Below, piece after piece: positions 8,511 through 18,879 of a stretch of DNA of 64,000 nucleotides. Each line of letters starts with the position of its first letter. Positions within the stretch are counted from its first letter, which is position 1. A program made the translations under genes and the position numbers. The stretch lies in IMG/VR virus record IMGVR_UViG_3300046000_006661, positions 1,821 through 65,820 of that record. One strand, given 5' to 3'. This stretch comes from a virus (Duplodnaviria; Caudoviricetes). The notes below the pieces were generated by a model. That model did no database searches. It had not been told where the DNA came from and was given only the letters and a program-made list of their open reading frames with translations.

Positions 8511-11500
8511 ATGTTTTTACCATTTTCGAATTTAGACAAAAATACCACAACAGAAAACTTATTATATCCGAACGGTATAGTTTACGCTTCTTTGGTTAAA
8601 GATAATATTTTGTATCTTGGCGGATCTTTTAATTCACTTTGTGAAGTTTATCCAAGTTATGCAACATTAGATAATGAACTCAATATTTATCCAGCAGAAG
8701 TAGATACTAGAACATACGGAACAAGAAACAATAAAGGAGTTGTTGATACTACAGTAGATCAGTATGGAAATAGATATTTACTTGGTGGTTTTTCATCGGT
8801 GAATAATCTTTCTCAAGTGCCATTCCCAGATGGAAGAATTTCTCAATCCCCAGCGAATTTTTTATTTGGAAAAATAGGATTGGCGCAAATTACTCCTTCG
8901 GGTTTAAATACTGGACTTGGATTGAGTCTTGGCGGCGGAACAAGTTTGAGAAATATACAAAGCATTGGCTCTGGAATATTTTTCATGCATGGTGGAAATA
9001 ATATAGCTGTGTTTACAGGAAATGGAGCATTTAACGCTGCAAGTTATAATTATGGTTTATATAATCAGACTGTTATGAAATTTAATCTGCTTGAAAATCC
9101 TGCTAATAATTATAAATGGGCTTTAAGGGCAGACCAGCTTTGGACTCAAAATTTCTCAAACGCCACTAAAACAGATGGTCCTCCAATAGATTATTTTGCA
9201 GATACGGGAAATTTTTATCCTAATAAAACTGGAATTTGGATCGCTGGACAATTTACAACTGCGGCAGGAGTCGTTTGCAATCGCTTGGTATGTTTAGATT
9301 ATGTAAGCGGAACTTATATTACTGGATTAACCATAGCTAATGGTCCCAATGGTAATATAGATCAAATCTTAAAATATGGAGATAAAATTTATATCATGGG
9401 TCCCTTTACAACTTTTAGTGGAGTATCCAGAAATCGAATGGCGGCAATAAATCTGCCAAGTATGAGCTTATCTCCATTTAATCCCAATGCTAATAGCACC
9501 ATCAGACAAATGGCAACTGGAGCAAATGGTATGTATTTGGTGGGAGATTTCACTACTATTAATGGATCAGGTGGAAACTATCAAAACATCTGCAAAGTTG
9601 ATTACGAAAGTGGGCTTTTAATTACAGGCTTTAGACCAAAATTTAATTTTGGAAATAATCCTTGTGGAAGTATTGCTGAATTTGGTGATAAAGTTATTAT
9701 AAATTCGACAACACCTAACAATAGAAGCTGGACATATAAAATTGATAATCGTCCGACAAGTGGTCCTTTGATACCTGATTATCATAATCCAATAGCTTTT
9801 CCTATAGTAATAGATAATATTAGCGGTTTAACCACTTATACTGGTTTAGGCTATGGAGCTGGTACCACAAATGTATATCAAGGAGATCAAAGTTCTATTG
9901 CGGGTTTTAATGTGATTAAAAAAATAGATAATAAAATACATATTTTTGCCAAACAAGGTGGAGCTTTTGTGCAGAAAGTACCTAGAAACAATGCTTTTGC
10001 AGTCGATCTAAATACGAATAGAATAACAGAATGGAATCCAAATCTCCAAATGATCAACGCTGCTACTAGCGCATACTCTCTCGCTAATGATACGCAAGCA
10101 GTATATTGTATGCATCTTGATACGGGAGATAATACAATAACAATTGGCGGAAGATTTAATACTGTAAATGAATCTAACAACGCTTCTAAAATCAGAAATT
10201 CTATAGCTATTGTAGATGCCATCAGCGGTGGGTTAACAACAAATTTAAATGTTAATTTGGGAGTAAATTACGATGTTATAGCAATCGAAAAAAGTGGAAG
10301 TACGCTATTTTTGGGCGGAAACTTTATTTCTGGAACCGTGCCTAATAGATACAACAATTTTATAGGACTAGACATAAATACTAATGCGCCAACTCATGGA
10401 AGAAATTTTGAAATTAATAATAACCTTTTTGGTTTAAATTCTAATAAAACTTCCAGTTCAAAAGTTTCCTGCATGAAAAGGAAAGACAATCTTCTTTATG
10501 TCGGAGGAACTTTCGACACAGTAAGCGGAAATAATAGATATGGAATTTTTTGTTTAAATATACAAAATAACACAATAACAGATTTTAATTTAAACCTTGA
10601 CAGAGGCGATGTCAAAGCCATGGATATAGATCCATCTACTAATACTTTGTATATTGGTGGCGGATTTAGATCGGTATTGGGGCAAGAAAGAAATTATGGC
10701 GCAGCTATAAATTTAAATAATACGGGGTTGTTAGAATGGGACCCAGAACTGTCTAAAGAACCGACAAATCTTAAAGTTACTCCATCTGGAGTAGTAATAT
10801 GTGGTAGCTTTTCTAATGCTGGAGAAAGAAGAGCTGGGTTGGCATTTTTTAGCATAGAAAGCGGAAGTCTTTTAAAGCGAAATGTTCATTTAATGGGATC
10901 TACATATGGAGGAGTGTATACAACAGAAATACATAAAAAAACTTTATATGCAAACGGAAGTATAATCTCTGCAACTATACCTCAAAGCGTTGGATCACAA
11001 AATTTTACTCCACATGCGTTTCAAATGAGATATAATTTGGAGTCTGGTCATATTGTAACTGGATATGTTAACGATAGAGATGGCGCTCCACTTTGCATTA
11101 GGGGAGGGGGGCAGGTTTTATCTACATTTTTAGAATCTGGTTTTATGTATATGGGAGGATCATTTACAAATGTTCAAAACATGTCTCCAAGCACAAACAC
11201 AAATTCTACAGTTACAAGAAATAGGGTTGCTTGGTTTGATTTAAATAACCAAATGATTTCTGGAATAGACTATAATGTAAATAGTGACGTTCGAGCAATT
11301 AAAAGAAAAGATAATTTTCTTTACATAGGTGGATCATTTACATCTGTATTGGGTGTGGCAAGAAATCGTATAGCAAGAATAAATTTAAATACAAATACTC
11401 TTGACGCATGGAATCCAAATTCCAATAGCACTATTTATGATTTTCAATTTAGCGGCGATAAACTTTTTGCTGGTGGTGATTTTACAACTATGAGCGGATT

Positions 11501-12380
11501 AAGCAGAAATAGAGTTTGTAGATTTGATATTTCTTCAGCTTCAGGAGGAGTTCTTGAATCTTACAATCCACTGATTTTAAATGGCGGGATTAGAAAACTT
11601 TTAGTTTCGGGAGATAGTTTATACGCTGGGGGAACATTTGGTCAAGTTGGAGCAGCTGCAAATAATGTTTATGCTTATGCTGCTGCTTTTAATGCGAATA
11701 ATGCTAATCATATTACGACTTTTCGTCCTTTTTCTGGCTATACTGTTCCTACAACTTATTGGTTTGCAAATCGAGCCGCAGGAGGAACAGATGGAGTTAC
11801 ATCTTTTCACATGCATCCTAGTGGATTATTTATAGGTGGAGATTTTATATCAGTGGGGGGTTCTGGTGATGATGTTAGTCCAAGAGGAGTGTTTTTAGTT
11901 AACCCCGCCAGTGGAAACATATTAAGAAATTATGGAGGATTCGGTCAGCAAAGTATTTTTAAAGAAAGAATGCCTTTTGGTGCGGGAGATAGTCATCCTG
12001 GAAATATATGGGATATAAAAAGTACTGGAGATATGTTAATAGTTGGAGGTGAATTTGCCGATGTGCCAGAATATAGATATTCAAATTCCGCTTCTCCTCA
12101 AAACAGTTTCATTACTTTAAAAGATAAAATAACAGGAGTAAATATTGGCAATTTTGATTTTACAATAGATTCAGAATTGCCAGCATCTTTAAATGATGCG
12201 TTGAATAATACAAATTCAAATAGCTCGAACTTGTTTGTATATGATGCATCTTTTAATGAAGATAAAATATTTTTCCATGGATTATTTGGCGACATGAAAG
12301 ATCCAAATTTTAGATGTTCTATTGCCGCTATGGATTATAGCGGAAAGATTGATAAGAATTTTCAAGGTTTTGGAGTGTAA
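8511..12380 (+). CDS. Large beta-propeller repeat protein (putative receptor-binding/adhesin)
   Basis: Many LYxGGxFTxxxGxxRNRxA and WNPNxN repeats; directly follows the fibre gene. Confidence 0.75.
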   Translation: MFLPFSNLDKNTTTENLLYPNGIVYASLVKDNILYLGGSFNSLCEVYPSYATLDNELNIYPAEVDTRTYGTRNNKGVVDTTVDQYGNRYLLGGFSSVNNLSQVPFPDGRISQSPANFLFGKIGLAQITPSGLNTGLGLSLGGGTSLRNIQSIGSGIFFMHGGNNIAVFTGNGAFNAASYNYGLYNQTVMKFNLLENPANNYKWALRADQLWTQNFSNATKTDGPPIDYFADTGNFYPNKTGIWIAGQFTTAAGVVCNRLVCLDYVSGTYITGLTIANGPNGNIDQILKYGDKIYIMGPFTTFSGVSRNRMAAINLPSMSLSPFNPNANSTIRQMATGANGMYLVGDFTTINGSGGNYQNICKVDYESGLLITGFRPKFNFGNNPCGSIAEFGDKVIINSTTPNNRSWTYKIDNRPTSGPLIPDYHNPIAFPIVIDNISGLTTYTGLGYGAGTTNVYQGDQSSIAGFNVIKKIDNKIHIFAKQGGAFVQKVPRNNAFAVDLNTNRITEWNPNLQMINAATSAYSLANDTQAVYCMHLDTGDNTITIGGRFNTVNESNNASKIRNSIAIVDAISGGLTTNLNVNLGVNYDVIAIEKSGSTLFLGGNFISGTVPNRYNNFIGLDINTNAPTHGRNFEINNNLFGLNSNKTSSSKVSCMKRKDNLLYVGGTFDTVSGNNRYGIFCLNIQNNTITDFNLNLDRGDVKAMDIDPSTNTLYIGGGFRSVLGQERNYGAAINLNNTGLLEWDPELSKEPTNLKVTPSGVVICGSFSNAGERRAGLAFFSIESGSLLKRNVHLMGSTYGGVYTTEIHKKTLYANGSIISATIPQSVGSQNFTPHAFQMRYNLESGHIVTGYVNDRDGAPLCIRGGGQVLSTFLESGFMYMGGSFTNVQNMSPSTNTNSTVTRNRVAWFDLNNQMISGIDYNVNSDVRAIKRKDNFLYIGGSFTSVLGVARNRIARINLNTNTLDAWNPNSNSTIYDFQFSGDKLFAGGDFTTMSGLSRNRVCRFDISSASGGVLESYNPLILNGGIRKLLVSGDSLYAGGTFGQVGAAANNVYAYAAAFNANNANHITTFRPFSGYTVPTTYWFANRAAGGTDGVTSFHMHPSGLFIGGDFISVGGSGDDVSPRGVFLVNPASGNILRNYGGFGQQSIFKERMPFGAGDSHPGNIWDIKSTGDMLIVGGEFADVPEYRYSNSASPQNSFITLKDKITGVNIGNFDFTIDSELPASLNDALNNTNSNSSNLFVYDASFNEDKIFFHGLFGDMKDPNFRCSIAAMDYSGKIDKNFQGFGV
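12375..12380 (+). promoter_or_regulatory. GTGTAA motif
   Basis: 11 nt before ATG 12392. Confidence 0.5.
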
Positions 12381-12391
12381 TAAAATATATC

Positions 12392-12631
12392 ATGGAACAA
12401 GTAATAGTTGATCATTTAATTTCTTTAGGATTTGAAGATTCTGGACAAGGTGTTTTCAAAAAACAAGAGATAACGATAACTCATGCAGAAAACGCTTATC
12501 ATTTAAGTTTTTATCTTGATCCTTTTGGCGATATTACCCTAGTCAACAGAATAGACGAAAGAAGATTTTTAGATATAAAAATTAACAATTTTATAGATTG
12601 CGTGCAATACGTTAAAAATAAGCTATACTAA
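12392..12631 (+). CDS. Hypothetical protein
   Basis: 79-aa ATG ORF, 11 nt after a GTGTAA motif. Confidence 0.6.
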   Translation: MEQVIVDHLISLGFEDSGQGVFKKQEITITHAENAYHLSFYLDPFGDITLVNRIDERRFLDIKINNFIDCVQYVKNKLY

Positions 12632-12642
12632 AATAATTACTT

Positions 12643-13707
12643 TTACGCTGAACTCTTTGCATCGCCAATCAAAGGCTCCATAATATCTGTAACTAAAAAC
12701 GTGTTGTATTGACTGAGGCTTGGTATCATTGCCAATGCCTCTTCATTACGTAAGAATACACTTACCATGTGTAGTATTTTTGCAGGACGAGAGCTTTCGT
12801 ATAGATATATCTCGCACAGATAGTTGAAAATCGTCTCATAAACAAACAGGCGAATCATTAAATTGAAGCATGAATTATACTCTTCAATAAACTGTTCCTG
12901 ATTAAAATCTGGAAACAAAGATTTATAATCCATCGCAAATTGTCTTTGATATTCTAGCGGAATGCCCATGTTAATAAACAAATAGCACAAATCAAACAAC
13001 TGATTTCCCATGTAACCATTCTGTAGGTGCTGGAATTTAAACAAATTATTTCTGATTAAAATGTTATCAGTGTTGAGCTTTCCGTGGCAAAAGTCAGAAG
13101 TCTTACAGAAACTTTGCCGCGAAAGATATTCGATTTCGTTTTTCAGAATTTGAAGAATTGACCGCAGACTATTGATGTTAGAATGATCTGCAATAGCGGC
13201 AAGTGAATGTTCTGGTAGCTGTTCTATATCGCAACGAGAGAACAGATCGTTGATATAATGCGTGAATGTTCTATCTACCTTTACGCCGCGCAATTGATCG
13301 AAAGAGTATAAGAAAGAATCGCTGCTCTCTATAAGAGATGATATGCCAAACTCTGTTACTGTGTCTGCTGATTCAAACGAGGTCACAATATACTGTAGAT
13401 GCTCACCATACTTGGTCTTGCCATGTTTGTAAGCAACAGGGGCAAATGGGGCTAGCTGTTTGAGAATACCATACTCATGCGCGAAAAATGAACCATCGCC
13501 ATCGAAAGAGTATTTGAAGTATCGTGGTTGTCCATCAACTGTAGCTTTGAAGCAGTCGAAGTCCATTTGTGAATCCAAAAAACTAACATCCTCTACAGAA
13601 GAAAAGCCAATCTTTTTTAATAGATTAGCTGCCAAGAGTTCATTTTCTGTGTCTGTTTGATTCAGAGAAAATAGATAAGGTCTATCAGCATTTGTTATAG
13701 ATTTCAC
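12643..13707 (-). CDS. APH/choline-kinase-fold protein, probable pseudokinase
   Basis: YFKY...HEYGILKQL..P.A, FCHGKLNTDNILI and G...FDL. The catalytic HGD reads HGK and the IDWE motif reads QHLQ. Confidence 0.7.
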   Translation of the reverse strand: MKSITNADRPYLFSLNQTDTENELLAANLLKKIGFSSVEDVSFLDSQMDFDCFKATVDGQPRYFKYSFDGDGSFFAHEYGILKQLAPFAPVAYKHGKTKYGEHLQYIVTSFESADTVTEFGISSLIESSDSFLYSFDQLRGVKVDRTFTHYINDLFSRCDIEQLPEHSLAAIADHSNINSLRSILQILKNEIEYLSRQSFCKTSDFCHGKLNTDNILIRNNLFKFQHLQNGYMGNQLFDLCYLFINMGIPLEYQRQFAMDYKSLFPDFNQEQFIEEYNSCFNLMIRLFVYETIFNYLCEIYLYESSRPAKILHMVSVFLRNEEALAMIPSLSQYNTFLVTDIMEPLIGDAKSSA

Positions 13708-13721
13708 TTTGTATTATAACG

Positions 13722-13749
13722 AAAAAACCCAGCCTTTCGACTGGGTTTT
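13722..13749 (-). terminator. Intrinsic terminator after the Hfq/LSm-like gene
   Basis: Minus strand CCCAGTC-GAAA-GGCTGGG followed by TTTTTT; A/T flanks allow bidirectional use. Confidence 0.8.
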
Positions 13750-13771
13750 AGGTTTTTTATATTCGACTTAC

Positions 13772-13999
13772 TTATGCAGCGTAACCTGTGCTATTAGTAA
13801 AGACGAAATCAATTCCCGATTTATTGATCAGTCGCTCACGACGATTTTTGCGATCATAAATCGACACTTTTTGTGGAGTTTCACGACGAAACTGAGCGTT
13901 GATAACTTCTCCGTTTTTGAGATAAAGACCGAAGAAACGACCTTTTGCTTGTTTCATTGCGTCTACTGCCGATGTTTTTTTAGTTTGTTTGTTCTTCAT
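13772..13999 (-). CDS. Small basic Sm/Hfq-like protein
   Basis: GLYLKNGEVINAQ ... RLINKSGIDFV parallels Hfq SIYLVNGIKLQGQ ... QMVYKHAISTV. Has its own promoter and terminator. Confidence 0.55.
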   Translation of the reverse strand: MKNKQTKKTSAVDAMKQAKGRFFGLYLKNGEVINAQFRRETPQKVSIYDRKNRRERLINKSGIDFVFTNSTGYAA

Positions 14000-14008
14000 T
14001 GCGCTGTT

Positions 14009-14037
14009 ATACTAAGCGATTACCACCGACTTGTCAA
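14009..14037 (-). promoter_or_regulatory. Sigma70-type promoter
   Basis: TTGACA-17 nt-TAGTAT, 9 nt before ATG 13999. Confidence 0.75.
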
Positions 14038-16306
14038 GAACTTTTATCGTCAAATTGCGACTTTTTTTACCAGAGGCAATGAATTGCGCGACTGAAGTTT
14101 GCACTTTGTTTCTGAAGATTGTTTTGATTTCGCGAGCGTGTAGTTTGCTTACGTCATCGACTAAATCTGAAAGAGTGATTTGGCAGTTGATTTTTATTCC
14201 TTTTTTATCTGCTCTCTCTTTGAGTTCTTCAAGGCACTGATCGAAAATCTTAGAAAGAGATTCTTCATTGATTTTTTCAAAGATGATAATCTCGTCAATA
14301 CGCGAGCGCATCTCTGGAGACAGCGCCTGTTTGATAGAAGACTCGAAAGAATTGGTGACATCTTCTGCATGAGACATAAAGCCCATTGACGGCTTGCTTG
14401 CTTCTACTGCGCCAATGTTACTCGTAAGAACGACAATCGTGCGAGAGAAGTCGATGTTGCGCCCATATCCATCTTTAAGCTTTCCTTCATCGAGGATTTG
14501 AAGCAACAAATTCAGCACAGAAAAGCTACCCTTTTCGATTTCATCAAACAAGATGAGACTGTTGGGATTGTTGCGCACGAAATCTGTAAGAATGCCTCCT
14601 TCGTCATATCCAACATATCCTGCACTTGCCCCCAAAAGTCGAGACACAGAAGCTGATTCTTGGTATTCGCTCATGTTAAGCTGTAGATAGCTGCTGTCAT
14701 TGCCGAAGAATTCTTTTGCAATTTTTTTGGCAGTATAAGTTTTACCAACGCTTGTCGGACCAACAAACAGAAAGCTAGACAATGGTTTATTCGGGGCATT
14801 GAGTCCTGCTTTTGCACATGCCAAACAATTGTAGATTTTTTCGATTGCTTTGTTTTGACCGAAGATTTCTTTTTTGAAGTTGTCTGCCAGATCAGAGAAT
14901 TTTTTGTCCAAGTTATTTCTAAGTGTATCTACATTCATGCCTGAGAGTTCCGACATAACCTTGAGCAAGTCTTCCATAGTGACAACTGCGATTGATTCTT
15001 CACCTGTTTGATTAGTGGTATTGAAGATGCGAATTTTTGCTTTAGCAAAAGCGCGATCAATAACATCAAAAGCCTTGTCGATGAATTTTTTGTGCGGCAA
15101 ATAAGTCTCGCACATATCAACTGACATTTTTAACATTTTTTTCGGGAACTTAATGCCGTGATACTTTTCATAAGCTGGGGCTGCTTTCAGAACAATTTCT
15201 TTCATTTGTTCCAAGTCAGGTTCTTTAATATCTAAAATGTGGAATCTTCGTGTAAGTGCGGCATCTTTTTCAAAGTATTTTTTATATTCTGAATATGTTG
15301 TTGCGCCAATGCACTTAATTTCGCCGCGAGCTAGTGCTGGCTTGATTAGGTTAGCAAAGTCTGGAGAACCTTCTTTGCCGCTGCCAGCGCCGATAATGCC
15401 ATGAATTTCGTCAATGAACAAGATGGCGTTACCGTCAGCTTTCAGTTCTTCGACTAGCTTGCTAAAACGCATCTCAAATTGACCACGATACTTGCTGCCA
15501 GCAATAAGCGATCCAACATCAAGAGAGTATATTTTTTTGTTTTTTAATGGTCCGTTATACTTTGGCGAAGAAATGTTTTGAGCCAAGCCTTCGACAACAG
15601 AAGTTTTTCCAGTTCCAGCTTCTCCAAGTAAAACGCAATTGCTTTTGATTTTGCAGTTAAGAATTTCTTCTAGGCTGCTAATCTCTTTATCTCGACCAGA
15701 GATGATGCCAAAACCTGGCTTTGATACAACATCGTTTAGCAAAATGCAAAATCTATTGATTTGCGATTGACCTAGTTGTTTTGATTCAGCTGCATCTTCT
15801 TCATCGTCAAGATCGAGACCAAGATCATCGCCAATCATTTCTATCGAATCGCTTTTAAGAAAAGCGTCAATAGAGTTTTTGAAATGCTCTGTATCAATGC
15901 CATTCTCTAGGAGAAAATCGCAAAACTTTTCTGAGCTTTGAAGAACGCCCCAAATAAAATGCTCTGTTCCAATGAACATGTTCTCATGCTTGATGGCGAG
16001 CATAGTAGCGTTTGAAATGCAATTCTGGATTTCTTTTTCGACAAGAGACTCCATTTCAGTGCTGAAAAACATATCAGGATTCTTCTTGGCGAATTTTTCT
16101 ACAATAGTATGAAGAGTTTTCGGCTTAATAGAGAAACCTTTGCTTTCTATAAACTCAAGAAAAGGTGTGTTGCTATGCTCCCATAAGGAGATCAGCAGGT
16201 GATAGATGTTGGTTATTTTATGATTCTTAGATTCTGCTAATTTAGTTACATGCATCCAAGATTCTAAAGCACTGAATGTCCAATTTTTTTTGTCAAGGTC
16301 CATCAT
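14012..16306 (-). CDS. ClpA/ClpC-like AAA+ chaperone/unfoldase
   Basis: Clp N-domain (FIGTEH); NBD1 GEAGTGKT and LFIDEIH; pore loops KYRGQFE and GYVGY; NBD2 GPTSVGKT and FDEIEK; MGF loop; no middle coiled coil. Confidence 0.92.
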   Translation of the reverse strand: MMDLDKKNWTFSALESWMHVTKLAESKNHKITNIYHLLISLWEHSNTPFLEFIESKGFSIKPKTLHTIVEKFAKKNPDMFFSTEMESLVEKEIQNCISNATMLAIKHENMFIGTEHFIWGVLQSSEKFCDFLLENGIDTEHFKNSIDAFLKSDSIEMIGDDLGLDLDDEEDAAESKQLGQSQINRFCILLNDVVSKPGFGIISGRDKEISSLEEILNCKIKSNCVLLGEAGTGKTSVVEGLAQNISSPKYNGPLKNKKIYSLDVGSLIAGSKYRGQFEMRFSKLVEELKADGNAILFIDEIHGIIGAGSGKEGSPDFANLIKPALARGEIKCIGATTYSEYKKYFEKDAALTRRFHILDIKEPDLEQMKEIVLKAAPAYEKYHGIKFPKKMLKMSVDMCETYLPHKKFIDKAFDVIDRAFAKAKIRIFNTTNQTGEESIAVVTMEDLLKVMSELSGMNVDTLRNNLDKKFSDLADNFKKEIFGQNKAIEKIYNCLACAKAGLNAPNKPLSSFLFVGPTSVGKTYTAKKIAKEFFGNDSSYLQLNMSEYQESASVSRLLGASAGYVGYDEGGILTDFVRNNPNSLILFDEIEKGSFSVLNLLLQILDEGKLKDGYGRNIDFSRTIVVLTSNIGAVEASKPSMGFMSHAEDVTNSFESSIKQALSPEMRSRIDEIIIFEKINEESLSKIFDQCLEELKERADKKGIKINCQITLSDLVDDVSKLHAREIKTIFRNKVQTSVAQFIASGKKSRNLTIKVLDKSVVIA

Positions 16307-16312
16307 ATTTGA

Positions 16313-16318
16313 TTACAC
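16313..16318 (-). promoter_or_regulatory. GTGTAA motif
   Basis: 6-9 nt before the two tandem ATGs of the clp gene. Confidence 0.6.
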
Positions 16319-16320
16319 TG

Positions 16321-18879
16321 TTATTTTAGCTCTGAGAGCTTCATGTAGATTTTATCTTCTAAAAGGACGAGCTTGTCAAGCATAATAATGTCGTTATTTT
16401 TTTGACCAACACCAATTACCACTTCTCCTTTTTTGGGAATCTTTTTACCAGAACTTAGGAAGTTTGTAAGTTTCGGCTCTCTGCTGTTGTCCATAAGTAG
16501 CATTGAAATGTTACCACGCTCATCAGCAATGTCAATGCGAGCATATTTGTTTCCATTGGCGCTAGTCCTAGAAATGGAATCCACGACAAACCCGACAGAA
16601 CATACGGTGGTATTGTTACTGACTGAAGATAAATCATGCGAAGAAACAAAATGAGACTGACTAGCTTCTTTGAAGACTTCGCGAATGTTTTGTGAATAGC
16701 TGTAACCAAGAAGCTTGCTCTCAAAGAACCAGTTAGCATACTTGATATGTTGTTTATTTTGGTCATAGATTTGTCTATAGGGTTGATATTTTGTTTTGAA
16801 TGTTTCAAAACGCTTTTCAGAAAAGATGGCTTTGTTGTCATCGCCAACTGCTTTGGTTTTTACGGAGTCGCTGATGCTTTCCAAAAGATTGAAATTATAC
16901 TTTTCGCCCAAAGTAATCAGGTTTCTTTTCTCTCTATCTGTGAGGATATTAAATGTTTGCGCTTCCAAAACTAATCGGCAGCGATCTTTCTCAACGAAGT
17001 GATCGAGTAAACCAGCTTGAGCAAGTCCAGACATTAAGCCAATATTCACACCAGCTTGTTTTGCCGCCATAAACACCTCATATTTGTTTTCGAATTCTCC
17101 TTGACGAAACTCTAGCAATGCTTCTAGGGACTTTGTAGAAACGCCTTTGATCGTATTCAAGCCGTAGCGAATATCTTTACCTTCAATCGAGAAGTCGATT
17201 TCAGATTTGGTAAGACTAGGAGGCAAAAGCTCAATGCCAAATGACGAAAGCTCTTGGGAAATCTTTAGGATTTCTTCATGAGGACTTGGCTCGAATTGCG
17301 CAAACTTCAAAAGGCTCAAGAAGAACTGTTGAGGATAGTTGAATTTGAGATACACAGTCGTAGCTGCAAGGTAGGCATAAGCCATAGAGTGCGACTTGTT
17401 GAACGAGTAATTTGCAGAGTCTTCGGCAACCTTCCACAGAATATCTCCAATGATAGGATCAAGACCGTTCTCTTGGATTTTTTGAGCGATTTTATCTTTC
17501 CACTCCGCCATTTTATCGACTTTTTTCTTGCCAACAATTCGACGCAATTGTTCTGATTCATCAAGATTAAATCCGACCTTTACTGCCATCTTCATCAACT
17601 GTTCTTGAAACAAAGGAATGTTGCCAGTGTATGAGAGAACATCATCGAAGAACGGATGGATAGATTGAGACTCGCCTGTTCTTACATATTCTGCATACTT
17701 GTCGAGGAAGTCTAATGCTCCAGGTCTTGCGATAGCAACTACCGCAGAAAGCTGCTCTAGGTTGCGTGGCGCGACTTTCTGTGCGACTTTGAAGTTGGTA
17801 TCAGCTTCAATCTGGAACAGACCTTTAGGAGCTTGCAGTGTTTGCAATGCTGCGTAAATAGAAGGATGCTCTACATCAATGTCGTGAGCTTTGATGCCAA
17901 TCTGTTGGCAAACGTCATTAACTACCGACAGTGTGCGCAGCCCAAGAATATCGAACTTGACCATCAGCTCTGCCACATTGTTCATATCATACCCCGAAAC
18001 TAATGCTTCTTCACCAGTATTCTGCACAGGCATAATCTCTTCTAGTGGATAGTAGCTAATAGCAATACCAGATGGATGAACGCCGACATTCTTGTTAAGA
18101 CCTTCGATCTTTTTGGAGATGCGATAAATACGTTTGTTCTTGTTGGCGAATTCTTTGAAGACTTCACTTTCTTCATACGCTACGCCAAGCTTCGCTACCT
18201 TGCCAAACTTTTTGGGGATTGAATCACTAATTATATTAACTTCCGACTCTGACATCTCGCCAACAATCTTGCCGCACTCTTTAATGCATAGTTTGCTGCT
18301 TAGAGTGTTGAGAGTTAGAATCTTGGAAGTTCTGCCAGCGTATTTTTTATTAATATAATCTAGCACTTCTTGTCGTCTATCGTAGCTAATGTCGTTGTCA
18401 ACATCGCATAGTAGCGAGCCATCCAAAAATATTTCGCCGTTGTGTTCGATTTTTCGCGCACGGCTTTTGGAAACAAATCGCTCGAAGAATAGATCATGTT
18501 TGATTGGGTCAATGTTAGTTACGCCAATTGCATACAACACCAAACTTCCAGGAGCTGAGCCACGACCCGCACCTGTAGGAATGCCTGTTTCGTGACAGAA
18601 ATTAATAATGTCCCAATTCAACAAAACATAATCAATAAAGCCCAAATCTTCAAAGACAGACAATTCCATCTTGAGACGCTCAAAGTATTTTTCTTTGTTT
18701 GGAAATTCAAGAATGCCTCGTTTTTTCACACCTTCAAAACAAATGCGGCGTAAGAATTCAAAGTTAGAAATGCTATCGGGAATTCCCAGCTCTTGATAGT
18801 AGCGCTGTTCGATTTGGATTTTAGGAAGTTTTACCCCTGCTGGAAATGGGGATTCGTAATGTGAGAATTGTTCAATCAT
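16321..18879 (-). CDS. dnaE: DNA polymerase III alpha catalytic core, lacking most of the PHP domain
   Basis: GRGSAPGSLV, FERF, DVDND, KFDILGLRTL, YSFNKSHS and IRYGL motifs; C-terminal OB fold. Confidence 0.95.
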   Translation of the reverse strand: MIEQFSHYESPFPAGVKLPKIQIEQRYYQELGIPDSISNFEFLRRICFEGVKKRGILEFPNKEKYFERLKMELSVFEDLGFIDYVLLNWDIINFCHETGIPTGAGRGSAPGSLVLYAIGVTNIDPIKHDLFFERFVSKSRARKIEHNGEIFLDGSLLCDVDNDISYDRRQEVLDYINKKYAGRTSKILTLNTLSSKLCIKECGKIVGEMSESEVNIISDSIPKKFGKVAKLGVAYEESEVFKEFANKNKRIYRISKKIEGLNKNVGVHPSGIAISYYPLEEIMPVQNTGEEALVSGYDMNNVAELMVKFDILGLRTLSVVNDVCQQIGIKAHDIDVEHPSIYAALQTLQAPKGLFQIEADTNFKVAQKVAPRNLEQLSAVVAIARPGALDFLDKYAEYVRTGESQSIHPFFDDVLSYTGNIPLFQEQLMKMAVKVGFNLDESEQLRRIVGKKKVDKMAEWKDKIAQKIQENGLDPIIGDILWKVAEDSANYSFNKSHSMAYAYLAATTVYLKFNYPQQFFLSLLKFAQFEPSPHEEILKISQELSSFGIELLPPSLTKSEIDFSIEGKDIRYGLNTIKGVSTKSLEALLEFRQGEFENKYEVFMAAKQAGVNIGLMSGLAQAGLLDHFVEKDRCRLVLEAQTFNILTDREKRNLITLGEKYNFNLLESISDSVKTKAVGDDNKAIFSEKRFETFKTKYQPYRQIYDQNKQHIKYANWFFESKLLGYSYSQNIREVFKEASQSHFVSSHDLSSVSNNTTVCSVGFVVDSISRTSANGNKYARIDIADERGNISMLLMDNSREPKLTNFLSSGKKIPKKGEVVIGVGQKNNDIIMLDKLVLLEDKIYMKLSELK

